Assembly (NCBI GenBank): GCA_951406725.2
Contig: OX597839.1
Location: 5,518,001 to 5,582,000 of the forward strand
Direction: 5' to 3'
Length of the DNA stretch: 64,000 bases
Origin: Octopus vulgaris
Taxonomy: Eukaryota
Position 1 is the stretch's first letter, and the number at the start of each line of letters is the position of its first letter. Under the pieces are notes generated by a model, which did no database searches, was not told where the DNA came from, and saw only the letters and a list, made by a program, of their open reading frames with translations. This document shows, piece by piece, positions 1 through 12,090 of this stretch. Made by a program: the position numbers and the translations under genes.

Positions 1-769
1 CTAAAACAGATTGAAATGCAATAAATCGATACTAGGGTCATAATTATTGGTGACAATTCATATGACACCGCTAGAAAAAACTGCCGTTCAAACCGAAAAG
101 ATCCTTCGTCTTCAATGAGGTTGTAGCTAACCCTTCTCCTCAGTCTAAATATGGGTTGAAAATATAATATAAAACATTGAATGTAGATGAATTTACTACT
201 TTTACTAGTAAAATAGCATGTACGTTATCCAATTACATGGACAGGCAACAACAGGTGCATCGACCAAAACTATTTTTAGTTGTTTCAATCCTCTTCTATT
301 GCCTCTCTTCAGGGACAAATTTATCTGGTGTCAAACTAGAATAACTCTAACAACAGTGAATCAAACATAAACTCGGCCTGCTAAACATAGCAGCCAAATC
401 CCTTATTGATTCTTGACCTTACCAAATAAACGATAGTCTGAGTAATGGATTTGTACTCTCAATACAAAATAGCACAAGATTTTTATGGATGGATTGCCGA
501 TAACCATAACACCGGCACCAAATAAGAATACGGAAAACAATAAAAACCAATAACAGATATTCTACGTGCTCATAAGGTCTGTTAGCAATAGCAACCTCAT
601 CTCTATCAAAGGACACCGTACGGATGTTAACCTTGGTACGCCGTGTCCCACTATGGAGGGAATAGGGTAAAGGTAACCTTTACCTGTATTCCTGGTAAAC
701 TGGTAATAAACAAACACGTAGAAAAAGATCCAGCCGACTCTGTCCATTAATTTGTATGCCAATTTTTTT

Positions 770-1065
770 TCATTTCATTTCATCTAGTTTCAGCTTACGA
801 GCTGTGGCCATGCTGGGGCACCGCCATTCGGTGTTGCTACATGATTTTACTTCACGAATGCTTTTTAGCAATTGACATTTGGTGCATGGGAGAGATTGAT
901 GCAGCTGCCCCCATCTGCACCTCCTGCCGTGAAGTTGGTTCATCTGGGACACCTGACAGGAAGAGGTCCAGCTTTATTTTAAAGACATCCGCATCCACCC
1001 CATGCAGGTCTCTCAGGTCCTTCGGGTGGATATTGAAGAGCTGTGGGCCTCTGAAACCAAGGCTA
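770..1065 (-). mobile_element. 3' end of a CR1/L2-like LINE (ORF2 C-terminus plus 3' tail)
   Basis: Minus strand translates SLGFRGPQLFNIHPKDLRDLHGVDADVFKIKLDLFLSGVPDEP, matching the CR1/L2-type C-terminal pattern (GP.LFN..P...FK..LD..L..VPD.P). Followed by tail GGCGGTGCCCCAGCATGGCCACAGCTCGTAAGCTGAAACTAGATGAAATGAAA. Confidence 0.7.
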
Positions 1066-1380
1066 TCAATTTATTTTATTTTATAATTCTTTCTATTTTT
1101 TTTTTGGCAGAGAAACTCAGTGGAAGGGTAAAGGTAGACATGGGGTCTAGGTGTACGAGGATTAACATAGAGGGACTCAATATACAAATGTTCTGATTGA
1201 CAATATCAGTAAAAGGATAGACCACGTTTCCATCAGTTCAACACATTTTATCTTAGATATGCATGGAAGTGTTTATCCACACACAAATACATACAGGCAT
1301 AAATACATAAATGCATGCATTCGTAGAGGCATACATACATGCGCGCACAAACAGACACACGTATATACATAAACAGTTAA

Positions 1381-1578
1381 TCCAAACGCGAAAACACAAA
1401 GAGAAAACACAACAACGCGAGGACGTGGAACAAATATAGTATTATTGGACACTCAGGAAGGAAGGCCAGAAGGAGGGTTTAACGTTTCGAGCGGAGCTCC
1501 TCGTCAGAAACATAGGAGAAGGAAAGATCCAGAGAAGGGAAGACAGAGGAAAAAAATCGCCAACGCTACACACGAGGT

Positions 1579-1580
<2 letters not shown>
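1381..1580 (-). mobile_element. Short non-autonomous PLE-like repeat with minimal hammerhead; second copy at 48770-48968 (+)
   Basis: About 200 bp shared in opposite orientation with 48770-48968; flanked by CA/TA microsatellite; contains an HHR motif. Confidence 0.7.
1477..1511 (-). ncRNA. Minimal type I hammerhead ribozyme motif
   Basis: Minus strand reads GUUU-CUGACGA-G-GAGC-UCC-GCUC-GAAA-CG-UU-AAAC. Stem I GUUU/AAAC, stem II GAGC/GCUC, palindromic loopless stem III (AACGUU). Confidence 0.65.
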
Positions 1581-1658
<78 letters not shown>

Positions 1659-1665
1659 TTTATAT

Positions 1666-1726
<61 letters not shown>

Positions 1727-1848
1727 TATATACATATATATACATATGTAATATATATATATATATGCATGTATATATATCATTTACCGTTGGGTATCAT
1801 ATGTAGGGTATCTGACTGCATCACTAATTCTCTCTCTTCTCCCTCTGT

Positions 1849-1898
<50 letters not shown>

Positions 1899-2081
1899 GA
1901 GCACAGAGTAAATATATTTGTGTGTGTGTGTGTATGTGTTTATATATAATCCTAGAAAACCATACATACTAAGAATCGAATTAAATGATTTACAAGATGT
2001 AACCATTGGCAGTAGCTGATACCAGACGTATGAAATTCAAGATGTCATTTAATGATGCATACGTATATAAATACATATGTG

Positions 2082-2145
<64 letters not shown>

Positions 2146-2447
2146 GTATATATATATATGTATATATGTGTATATATATATATATATGTCCATATACATA
2201 TATGTGTATATATATATATGTCCATATATATATATATGTATATATATATATCTATGTCCATATACATGTATATATATGTCCATATATATATATGTATATA
2301 TGTGTATATATATATATATGTCCATATACATATATATACACATATATATATATATACATTTTTGTTTATATATATCGATATATATATATATATGGCTATA
2401 TTAAAATATACCAACAAAAACACGTATATACGTGTGTGTGTGTGTGT

Positions 2448-2485
<38 letters not shown>

Positions 2486-2610
2486 CTGCTTGCATTGGAA
2501 TTTACATATCTATAAATCCCTCAACCCGAATATATACACACATACATAATATTCAGACCCACGCACACCTACATATCTATACATACTTATATATATGTTT
2601 ACATATCTAT

Positions 2611-2663
<53 letters not shown>

Positions 2664-3035
2664 AATATATATGTAGGTAAGTAAGAATAAACATGTGCGT
2701 ATGTTCCCACACATTTTCTAATTGCTGCTCCAGCCAATATTCGTCTGTTTCTCTTAGCCCTCGGGTCCCTTAATTCCAAGTGGGCAACAGCAAAAATAAC
2801 AAATTGAAAGAAAAACAAGACCTTTATGCTTCATTTCTTATTCTTTATCTCTCTTTTTTATTTCGGTTAAACATTTCCTATTGATGTCTGATATCTGTCG
2901 TTGCTCTTCTGTCTGTGTGTCCATCTATCCTGTCGTGAATTTATCTATGTTTATCTAAATTATCTAAATATGTGTATGTGAGTCAATCTCTTTTTCCATA
3001 TACTATATATACATATGTGTGTGTGTGTGTGTGTA

Positions 3036-3079
<44 letters not shown>

Positions 3080-3095
3080 TATGTATATGTCTGTA

Positions 3096-3160
<65 letters not shown>

Positions 3161-3357
3161 CACACATATATATGTATATGTCTGTATATATATATATATA
3201 AACATGCATATATATATATATATGTACATATACATATATATATATACGTATATATATATGTACATATACATATATATGCGTATATATATATATGTATACA
3301 TATAATCTCTCTATATGTATAGATTGTTATTAATATTTATTATTATTGTTATGCTAC

Positions 3358-3391
<34 letters not shown>

Positions 3392-3600
3392 GATGTTATT
3401 GTTGTTGTATTTGAACTCATTGTTATTATTCTATACATACGCAGTTAGATTGATATAGATAGATATCGGTGTATGGATACATACACAAATGTATATGTAT
3501 ATATATATATGTGTGTGTGTATGCTTGAGTGTGTGTATGTGCGTGTTTGTGCTGTCTGTATTTAAGAATGTCTAACTCTGTATGTATATATATTTAATCA
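1580..3600. repeat. Compound (TA)n/(CA)n/(TG)n microsatellite field with a (TTA)n tract
   Basis: Directly visible; source of the YI/HT/CV ORFs. Confidence 0.95.
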
Positions 3601-3775
3601 AACTATTCCTTCCTGCGCGTATCTATGTATTTGTCTATTAATATATTCTATATTTTTTGTTTTCTATTCCTCTATCGCCATACCTATTCGTTTTGTCTAT
3701 CAGATTGTTTCACCTTAGACACACAAATACACTGACTCATATAAAATGGGTTCTTATAGATATACATATATACAT

Positions 3776-3825
<50 letters not shown>

Positions 3826-4169
3826 GTGCTTGTGTGTGTGTATGTGTGTGTGTATATATTACAAAACATCGCCATGTTTGGACGTCTATAGATTTATCTC
3901 AATATATTTTATATATATCCATTCAGCTGTGTATCAGAATATTTAGTCTGTCTTGAGTTTCTCTCTCTCCCCCTCTCCGCCTCTCCCTCTCTCCCCTTGT
4001 TTCTCATGTATGTTCCTTCTTATTAACCTGTAGCTTAAACCTGCATTACTTGAAGTTTCAGAGACGCAATGACACGTCAAATCGCACATACGTTGTGCTA
4101 TGATGCTGCAAGATCACAAAGCCATATTTTCATTGGACAACGTGTGAAAGTTTGTACCTAACGTAGTAA

Positions 4170-4620
4170 ATTTATTATAAAATTGCAGCATTCATTTAAA
4201 CACATAAGAGATGGCCATACCAAGACATCTGACCTTCTAGAAGGAGATGTTAAACTCCAGACGACTATTAGGGTCAATTTCGAAAGGGAATGAAAAATAA
4301 AAACAATCACCCTCTACTTCCTGTACCATGGTTTCAAGCAATCTTCAGTAAATAAAATAATTTACTTGGCGAAGCTCTCGTCAGCACGAAAGTCATGGTT
4401 AACATATAAAGACGAGGTGATATAGAACATGCCTCGTGTTTACATGTTATAAATATTCAAAGTCCACCGCGCAGGCGCGGTTTTCTATTGGCAGCAAATA
4501 CAGAAAGCGCCGATTTTCTTCTAAAATCAGCCAAAAATCATATCATTATTCATAAATTCCAGGGTGGCAAAAAATTCAGAAAATTTCATTGCTACCAGTG
4601 GTAGCAAAGTAGTAGATTTA
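4170..4620 (-). mobile_element. Diverged copy of the HHR-bearing PLE/retrozyme-like family (relative of 49044-50254)
   Basis: 4488-4575 (ATTGGCAGCAAAT..GCGCCGATT..CAGGGTGGCAAAAAA) aligns with 49478-49563 (ATCGGCAGCAAAT..GCCGCCGATT..TAGGGTGGCAAAAAA); contains an HHR. Confidence 0.7.
4318..4390 (-). ncRNA. Type I hammerhead ribozyme with extended stem II
   Basis: Minus strand reads UUCGUG-CUGACGA-GAGC-[insert with AGUAAAU/AUUUACU hairpin]-GCUU-GAAA-CC-AU-GG-UA-CAGGAA. One stem I mismatch; GUA cleavage triplet. Confidence 0.75.
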
Positions 4621-5094
4621 TTAGGTAGTCTATGTGTTTATATTGCGGAATCTATTGGACATTTTGAAGAACTTGTGGATGGGGTACCACTCAGGGGCAA
4701 TAAGTAAGATTAGTCTTTTTTGCTTTAGTAAAATTTTTTATCAAAATGTTCATAGTCTCTGTCACTGGACTTGAAGGAATATTTTTCCTAGATGCTGCTT
4801 CTATTTAAAACATGGCTGTGTACCCCTTGAATTTTCTGAAACAGAATGAGGCGTTCAACCATAAGCCACCGCTTGGAGTGACAGAATGCCGTCAGTAAAC
4901 AGCTTGACTGATTTCGGAAGTTACAAGGGATGCGGGGGTTACCTGGTGTAGAAGACACAAAGTGTAAGCTTTTGTTTTAACATGCGATGGTGAAAGCGAT
5001 TGCGTCTGGAGAGCAATAACTAACTTTTACATTATGTACATTACATGCTTGCGGTATTTATGCATGAATGGAAATGATGTCTAACGAAGGATAA

Positions 5095-5795
5095 ACAATT
5101 TCTAGCTTCGTTAGTAGAAGTGCTAATGCTGCACAATTTTAAGCCAGATTAATTCACTTGTTCTAATTCTCATTGAGAATGTGTTAAAGAATGCTCCATC
5201 AACGGAAAATTCTCACTATAGATACTCCTCACAAAAGCGTTACTCCTCTGTGGTACAGCTCCAATGAAATCAGAATATTCTAAATCAGAATATACTACAC
5301 ATTTGTCTATTGATATCGGCGGCGAGCTGGCAGAAACGTTAGCACGCCGGGAGAAATGCGTAGCCGTATTTCGTCTGGCGTTACGTTCTGGGTTCAAATT
5401 TCGCCGAGGTCGACTTTGCCTTTCATCCTTTCGGGGTCGATAAATTAAGTACCAGTTACGCACTGGGGTCGATATAATCGACTTAATCCGTTTATCTGTC
5501 CTTGTTTGTCCCCTCTGTGTTTAGCCCCTTGTGGGTAGTAAAGAAATATATTGATATCGGCAAAATTTCTACTTCTTGTAGACGTACTAATGCTGCATAA
5601 TTTTAAACCAGATTAGTTCATTCGTTCTAATAATTATCGAGAATGTGGTGGAGAATGCTCCATTTACAGAAAATTCTCTCTGTAGTTACTCGTCGCTAAC
5701 GCTTTACTGCTGCGGGGTACAGCACCAATGAAGTTATTTCTAAGTCAGAATATACTAAATAATATTCTACTGACGTCAGCAAAGCTTCTACTTGT
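5095..5795. repeat. Old ~230-bp tandem duplication interrupted by a SINE
   Basis: CTAATGCTGCA.AATTTTAA.CCAGATTA..AGAATGCTCCAT..GAAAATTCTC..GGTACAGC.CCAATGAA..CAGAATATACTA occurs at ~5123 and ~5587. Confidence 0.8.
5318..5548 (+). mobile_element. SINE family A, full length, with 13-bp target-site duplication (TSD)
   Basis: Head GGCGGCGAGCTGGCAGAAACGTTAG..GGTTCAAATT (A/B boxes), central GCCTTTCATCCTTTCGGGGTCGATAAA, tail TTAGCCCCTTGTGGG..AAAGAAAT. TSD TATTGATATCGGC at 5308-5320 and 5549-5561. Confidence 0.9.
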
Positions 5796-5901
5796 AATGG
5801 TTTTTAGAATCGTTATGCTTATATAAAGTCTTTATTATTACTGCTATATGTCAAATGATTACCGTTCTTGACATCTATAGCAGTGCTCCAAGACTGGTAT
5901 G

Positions 5902-6302
5902 CCGGCGAGCTGGCAGAAATGTTAGCACGCCGGACGAAATGCTTAATGGTATTTCGTCTGCCGTTACGTTCTGAGCTCACATTCCGCCGAGGACGACTTT
6001 GCCTTTCATCCTTTTGGTGGTCGTTAAATTAAGTACCAGTTACGTACTGGGATCTATATAATCGGCTTAATCCGTTTGTCCCCTCTGTGTTTAGCCCCTT
6101 GTGGGTAGTAAAGAAATGGGTATTTCGTCTGCCGATACGTTCTGAGTTCAAATTTCGTCGAGGTCGACTTTGCCTTTCATCCTTTTGGGGGTCGATAAAT
6201 TAAGTACCAGTCACGCACTGGGGTCGATATAATCGACTTAATACGTTTGTCTGTCCTTGTTTGTCCCCTCTGTGTTTAGCCCCCTGTGGGCAATAAAGAA
6301 AT
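5902..6302 (+). mobile_element. SINE family A, head-to-tail dimer
   Basis: Full copy followed by a second unit restarting at GTATTTCGTCTGCC. Confidence 0.9.
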
Positions 6303-6699
6303 AAATATAGATGTATGTATGTATGTAGGCGCTTATATCTGTGTATGAGAATATACACATGTCAGTGCGTGTGAGAAACAGCTCGCTTCCTTAAAATTTA
6401 TGTACGAAAATATATCGATATTTTCCTCGGTACTTGTAGTTTATTTCATACTTACCAAAACACATATCTCACTTTACTAATATCCCTGATGCACACAGCG
6501 AAATTGTTGACTGTTTTGACGTTCCATACATACTGATGCATTTTAGTGTCATGACGGCCGAGCTATCTATCAGGCCTACATTCAGCAAAATAGCTCTCAG
6601 CATCATATAGGTTCTTTGATTTCGTGTCATGCACTTATATATATTTATATGTGTATGTGTGTGTGTTTGTGTATATACGTACGTGTATGTGCGCATCTT

Positions 6700-6745
<46 letters not shown>

Positions 6746-7565
6746 TGTGTATATATAAATGTATGTATGTATATATAAATTTATATATATATGTATATAT
6801 AAATTTACATATATATATATATAAACATATATATATATATACAAGATGCATGCACATTTACATGTATACACATATATACATGTATACATACATCTATATA
6901 CATATATTTGTATATACATATATACACATATACATACATATGTATATACAAATGCATATACATAAACACCCCCCACACACACATATATATATATATATAC
7001 ATATATACACGCATACATATACATATACGTATGCATGTATATATATACATATATGTATATATAAGCATATATATACACACATATATATATGTATATGTAT
7101 GTATGTATTTATGTATGTATATGTATGTTTGTATACAAATATATACATACATATATATGTGTGATATATATCATTATCATCATGTACTTACATCTTACGT
7201 ACATATACATACAGCCCTACACACATTAGCATGTACAAATACATACATACACACATACATACACACAGAAAAATACACATAATGCATACAAACATGGAGC
7301 AATATAAATCTCAGAGGTGTCTACAGCTTGCCAAGTGTGGAAAATACATTTAACTGTGATGGTATTCCGTTCTGAACGTTGAGAAATATTTTTCGTTTTA
7401 CGCTTCGCTTTGCGCTTCAAACACTACATCGCTCTTCTGGGCGCTGGTTCTTCCGCTCCACCGATTATTAAGGCGAGGCGGAGCGGGGATGGTGATGGAA
7501 GTAATATGAGGTTATGTCGGTGACGGTGGCGGCGGGAGGTTACTGTCGGCAGTTTACGTTGGAAA

Positions 7566-7904
7566 TGATGATGATGATGAGGAGGAGGAGGAGGAGGAGG
7601 TGGAGGAGGAGGATGATGCTTGTGGTGGTGAAAGTGATAATGAAGATGACGATTATGATGATGATGATGATAATGATAATGATTACAGCAGCGACAATGT
7701 CGACGATGATGTTAATGATGATGATGACGGTGATGTTAATGATGATGATGACGATGGTGATGATGAGGATGATGACGATGGTGATGATGATGATGATGAC
7801 GATGGTGATGATGATGGTGATGACAATGATGATGACGATGGTGATGATGATGTTAATGATGATGATGACAATGACGTTAAGGATGATGACGACGATGGTG
7901 ATGG

Positions 7905-7966
<62 letters not shown>

Positions 7967-8080
7967 ATGATGATGATGACGATGTTAATGATGATGACGA
8001 TGGTGATGACGATGAAGATGATGATGATGACGATGATGATTGCAGCAGCGACATAGCAATGATGATGATGATCATGATGT
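7566..8080. repeat. Degenerate (GAT)n trinucleotide tract
   Basis: Visible; produces poly-D/M/I/S ORFs in all frames. Confidence 0.95.
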
Positions 8081-8244
8081 ACATGAGAAGGCAAAGAAGG
8101 GAGAAGGGAATAACGAGGTAGAGGAAGGGAGAAGGAAATGAGGAGTAGGGGAGAAAGAGAAGGGGAGTAGGAGGTCTAAAGTGATAGCATTTATGATGAT
8201 GATGATGATGCTCATGTATGTATATACGTGTGTGTGTGTGTTCT

Positions 8245-8470
8245 CTTTATTCTTTTACTTGTTTCAGTCATTTGACTGCGACCATAATGGAGCACCGCCT
8301 TTAATCGAACAAATCGACCCCAGGATTTATTCTCCCTCTCTCTGTCTCTACAAAGAGCCCGATAGTACTTATTCTGTCGGACTCTTTTGCCGAACTGCTA
8401 AGTTACGGTTACGTAAACAGACCAACATCGGTGGTCAAGCAATGGTCAAGGACAAACACAGACACAAATA
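8245..8470 (-). mobile_element. SINE family B, 3' half
   Basis: TTTTACTTGTTTCAGTCATTTGACTGCG..GGAGCACCGCCTTTA is the reverse complement of the family B tail. Confidence 0.85.
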
Positions 8471-8529
8471 CATAATACACACAGATATACACACACCCCA
8501 CATATTACTACTACGGTGTTCTTTCGGTT

Positions 8530-8860
8530 ACAACCACAAGGGTTCCATTGATCCAATCAACGGAACAGCCTGCTCGTGAAATTAAGGTGTAAGTGACAGA
8601 GAACTCCACAGACATTTGTACCCTTAACGTAATTCTCGGGTAGATTCACCGTGACACAGAGTGGGACAAGGCTGGCCCTTTGAAATACAGGTAAAAGAGA
8701 AACAGGAGTGAGAGAAAGTTGTGGTGAGAGTACACCAGGGTTCGCCACCATCTCCTGCCGGAACCTCATCGCACTTTAAGAGCTTTCGCTCGATAAACAC
8801 TCATAACACTCGGTCTGAGAATCGAAACTACTGACCTAACCACTGGGCCATTGCGCCTCC
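8530..8860 (-). mobile_element. SINE family C head with tail type 2
   Basis: Ends CCACTGGGCCATTGCGCCTCC (head GGAGGCGCAATGGCCCAGTGG); tail GATCAACGGAACAGCCTGCTCGTGAAATTAA. Confidence 0.85.
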
Positions 8861-8896
8861 ACTGTATATTATACATATATATATATATATATATTC

Positions 8897-9110
8897 ATAA
8901 TTAAGGGCAAACGTAAAAATTTCTAATGCCAGATATGCTGAAAAATATTTTTTCGGCATATCTGGCATTAGAAATTTTTTCGTTTGCCCTTAATTATAAA
9001 TTGTTTATAGATTTAACCTTTAAAGGTATTTTTTGATATGCTGGCCATTGATAAAAATTTTTTTGAAAAGGAATATATTTTTTTCGAAAAAAATTTTATC
9101 CTTCATTAGA
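8897..9110 (+). mobile_element. Terminal fragment of the HHR/PLE-like family: 100-bp palindrome plus conserved 3' tail, within (TA)n
   Basis: 8897-8997 is a near-perfect inverted repeat. It is followed by TTTTTGATATGCTGGCCATTG plus an AT-rich hairpin and TCCTT, like the tails at 27841, 43015 and 49060. Confidence 0.65.
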
Positions 9111-9124
9111 TATATATATATATA

Positions 9125-9290
9125 TACGACGGGCTTCTTTCAGACTAGTCCACCAAATCCACTCACAAGGCTTTGGTCGGCCTGATGCTATAGTAGAAGA
9201 CACTTTTCGAAGGTGCCACGCATTGGGACAGATCCCGGAACATGTGGTTGAGAAGCAAGCTTCTTCCCACACAGCTTCTCCTGCGCCTAG
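9125..9290 (-). mobile_element. SINE family B, 5' half
   Basis: ACGACGGGCTTCTTTCAG..CCACTCACAAGGCTTTGGTCGG..CCACACAGC.TCTCCTGCGCCT. Confidence 0.85.
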
Positions 9291-9702
9291 ATTCTTCCCA
9301 CACACCTGATATTTAAATACACGTAAGCACATATACATATGTGCGTTAAAGCGAAAGTGAAAGTAAATGACGAAGAGAGAGATATAGGTAGAGACTTTAA
9401 GTCTGAGGTGAATGAATCAGTGGGAGAGAGAGAAGATGGACAAAAGAAACATAAGTGAAGCAAGAGAGAGATAGAGAGAAGGGGATAGAGAGACTGGCTG
9501 AAAGACTGCCTTATCATCAACTTATAAAGATGCGTGAGTAAGAAAATGTTATTGATAGGTGCAATACCACGTAGATTCTATTAGTATATATAAGTAGATT
9601 GTTATGAAACGTTGAATTAATTAGCACAACTTAATTAGCGTATTCATTACTGATCATGCAACAGATTAATGCCTATATGCTATATACAACACACACACAC
9701 AC

Positions 9703-9760
<58 letters not shown>

Positions 9761-10067
9761 CTGTATCAGTTTATATATACACGAATATAACTGTATATGT
9801 TTTCCTATATATATATATATTTATATATATGTGTATATATATATACTCACATAGTTGTGCGTGTGTGGATGTGTTTATAAACTTATACCTGCATAAATAT
9901 TTACATACAGAAACACATACATTTACATAGATACATACATACGTATATACATATATGTATATGTTTATATATATACATATATATATATATATATAAATGT
10001 ATGTATGTATGTATATATATATATAAATGTATGTATGTATATATATATATAAATGTATATATGTATG

Positions 10068-10112
<45 letters not shown>

Positions 10113-10161
10113 CTGCAATGCGTACATCGGAAAAGCATTCTCTTTCTCTGTCTCTCTCTCC

Positions 10162-10197
<36 letters not shown>

Positions 10198-10627
10198 GGT
10201 TGAATTAAAAGTCCGCACAAAATTAACGTCCATTCACACTGCTGGTGTTTCTATATAGCCGGTCTGTACGCAGGATAATTAACGCATCATGGCTGCACTC
10301 TGCCATATCACTGGTGCTTATGTGTACGGTGTTGGAGAGATAAGGGCAAGAGAAACATCGCTAATGGGTATATATAATTATAGGTAAAGAGATAGATTGA
10401 AGTTTGTGTATATATATATATATATTTGTATACATACGTACGCAGGTACGTACGCGTGTACACTGTGCAGGCACGCGTGTATATTTATGTATGTTCATGT
10501 TTATATATATTTGAGAGTAATATAAGTTCGAAATTTCCGTTGTAAGTAAGTACTTACATATATACGCACATACATAAACGCATGTATACGTTCTTGTGCG
10601 TGTGTGTGAGTGTGTGTTTGAGTGTGA

Positions 10628-10905
10628 AGGCACATGGCTTAGTAGTTAGGGTAATCGGTTCACATTCGTAAGGTCGAGTGCTCAATTCCCGGTGGTGAGT
10701 TGTGTCCTTGAGCTGTGTTCACTCAGCTGGCAAAAAAAAAATGAGCATTACCTGTATTGCGAAGGGCCAGCCTTGTTACAACCTGCGTCACGTTGAATCT
10801 CCCTGAGAACTACCTGAACTGTACGTGTGTCTGTGGGGCACTCAGCCATTTGCACGTTAATTTCACCTGGTCCTTTGCTTGGAACAATTGGAATCCTCGT
10901 TGCCG
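10628..10905 (+). mobile_element. Old tRNA/CORE-like SINE carrying tail type 2
   Basis: Head GGCACATGGCTTAGTAGTTAGGG..CTCAATTCCC, CORE-like TTGTGTCCTTGAGC, then ACCTGTATT..GGGCCAGCCTTGT..GAGAACTAC shared with the C-type-2 SINEs. Confidence 0.65.
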
Positions 10906-11059
10906 GAATATATAGAGTGCCAGTCAGTCATCCATCCATCCATCCATCCATGGTTATGTTTATATTGTATATATAGACAACTGGTACTATATATATATAT
11001 AGACATAAACATATATATTGTATATATAGACAACTGGTACTATATATATATATATATAT

Positions 11060-11365
11060 CACCGTCACCGACCAGGCTATCAGATGTTGCTACACATCGC
11101 TGGTCACAATGCACTTCGCATTGTTTAGCCTTCAAATGACGCCACCCCGCAGGCTAAGCGAGCAGGCCAACAGAAGAGAGAAGAGTGAAAGAAAGTTGTG
11201 GCGAAAGAGTACAGCAGGGATCGCCCCCCCCCCCCCCTGCCGAAGTCTCGTCGAATTTTTTGGTGTTTTCGCTCAATAAACACTCACAACGCTCGGTCAG
11301 GGAATCGAAACCGCGATCCTACAACCGCGAGTCCGCTGCCGTAACCACTGGGCCATTGTGCCTCA
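11060..11365 (-). mobile_element. SINE family C head with tail type 1
   Basis: CACCG.CACCGACCAGGCTATCAGATGTTGCTACACATCGCTGG..ACCACTGGGCCATTG; abuts (TA)n. Confidence 0.9.
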
Positions 11366-11599
11366 CACGTACACACACACATACGACGACTTTCATCGTT
11401 TTATTTTATTGAATGAGAAAAATCTCTCGGGGTAGGTGTTTTCCTTCTGTTCATTTTTGTATCTCACTTATGATTTCGCTGTTTTTCTCAAAGCAACCAG
11501 TGCCAACAGCAGTATCAAAATCGAGATCATCTGCTCCTCCTCCATGTCACGTCTAAAGCGCATAAACAACAGGCGTCTTTTGGTTTTTGAAAGATGGGA

Positions 11600-11978
11600 A
11601 GCACTCCGTCGGTTACGACGATGAGGGTTCCGGTTCATCCGATCAACGGAACAGCCTGCTCGTGAAATTAACGTGTAAGTGGCTGAACACTCCACAGACA
11701 CGTGTACCCTTAACGTAGTTCTCGGGGATATTCAGCGTGACACAGAAAGTGACAAGGCCGGCCCCTTGAAATACAGGTACAACAGAAACAGGAAGTAAGA
11801 GTGAGAAAAAGTTGTGGTGAAAGAGTACAGCAGGGATCACCACCATCCCCTGCCGGAGCCTCGTGGAGCTTTAGGTGTTTTCGCTCAAAAATCACTCACA
11901 ACGCCCGGTCTGGGAATCGAAACCGCGATCCTACGACCACGAGTCCGCTGCCCTAACCACTGGGCCATTGCGCCTCCA
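11600..11978 (-). mobile_element. SINE family C head with tail type 2, full length
   Basis: GCACTCCGTCGGTTACGACGATGAGGG ... CCACTGGGCCATTGCGCCTCC. Confidence 0.9.
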
Positions 11979-12090
11979 CACCTCAATATAAGCCGATCCG
12001 CTGAGGATATTCAACAATTGTTAAACGCTGACAGAGAGGAAAGACACGACCGCGTTCATTACGTTAGCAACACCATCACTGAATATCGCC

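Noticed and set aside
130-320. Minus-strand CUGAGGA / CUGAAGA..GAAA motifs near the window start
   Set aside because: Stems I and II do not pair convincingly.
5318-5400. tRNA-like A/B boxes as tRNA genes
   Set aside because: These are SINE heads repeated many times with body and tail; no complete cloverleaf.
7600-8121. Asp-rich ORF resembling an acidic biomineralisation protein (also 52236-52958)
   Set aside because: Open in several frames on both strands, no signal peptide or splice context; a simple (GAT)n tract.
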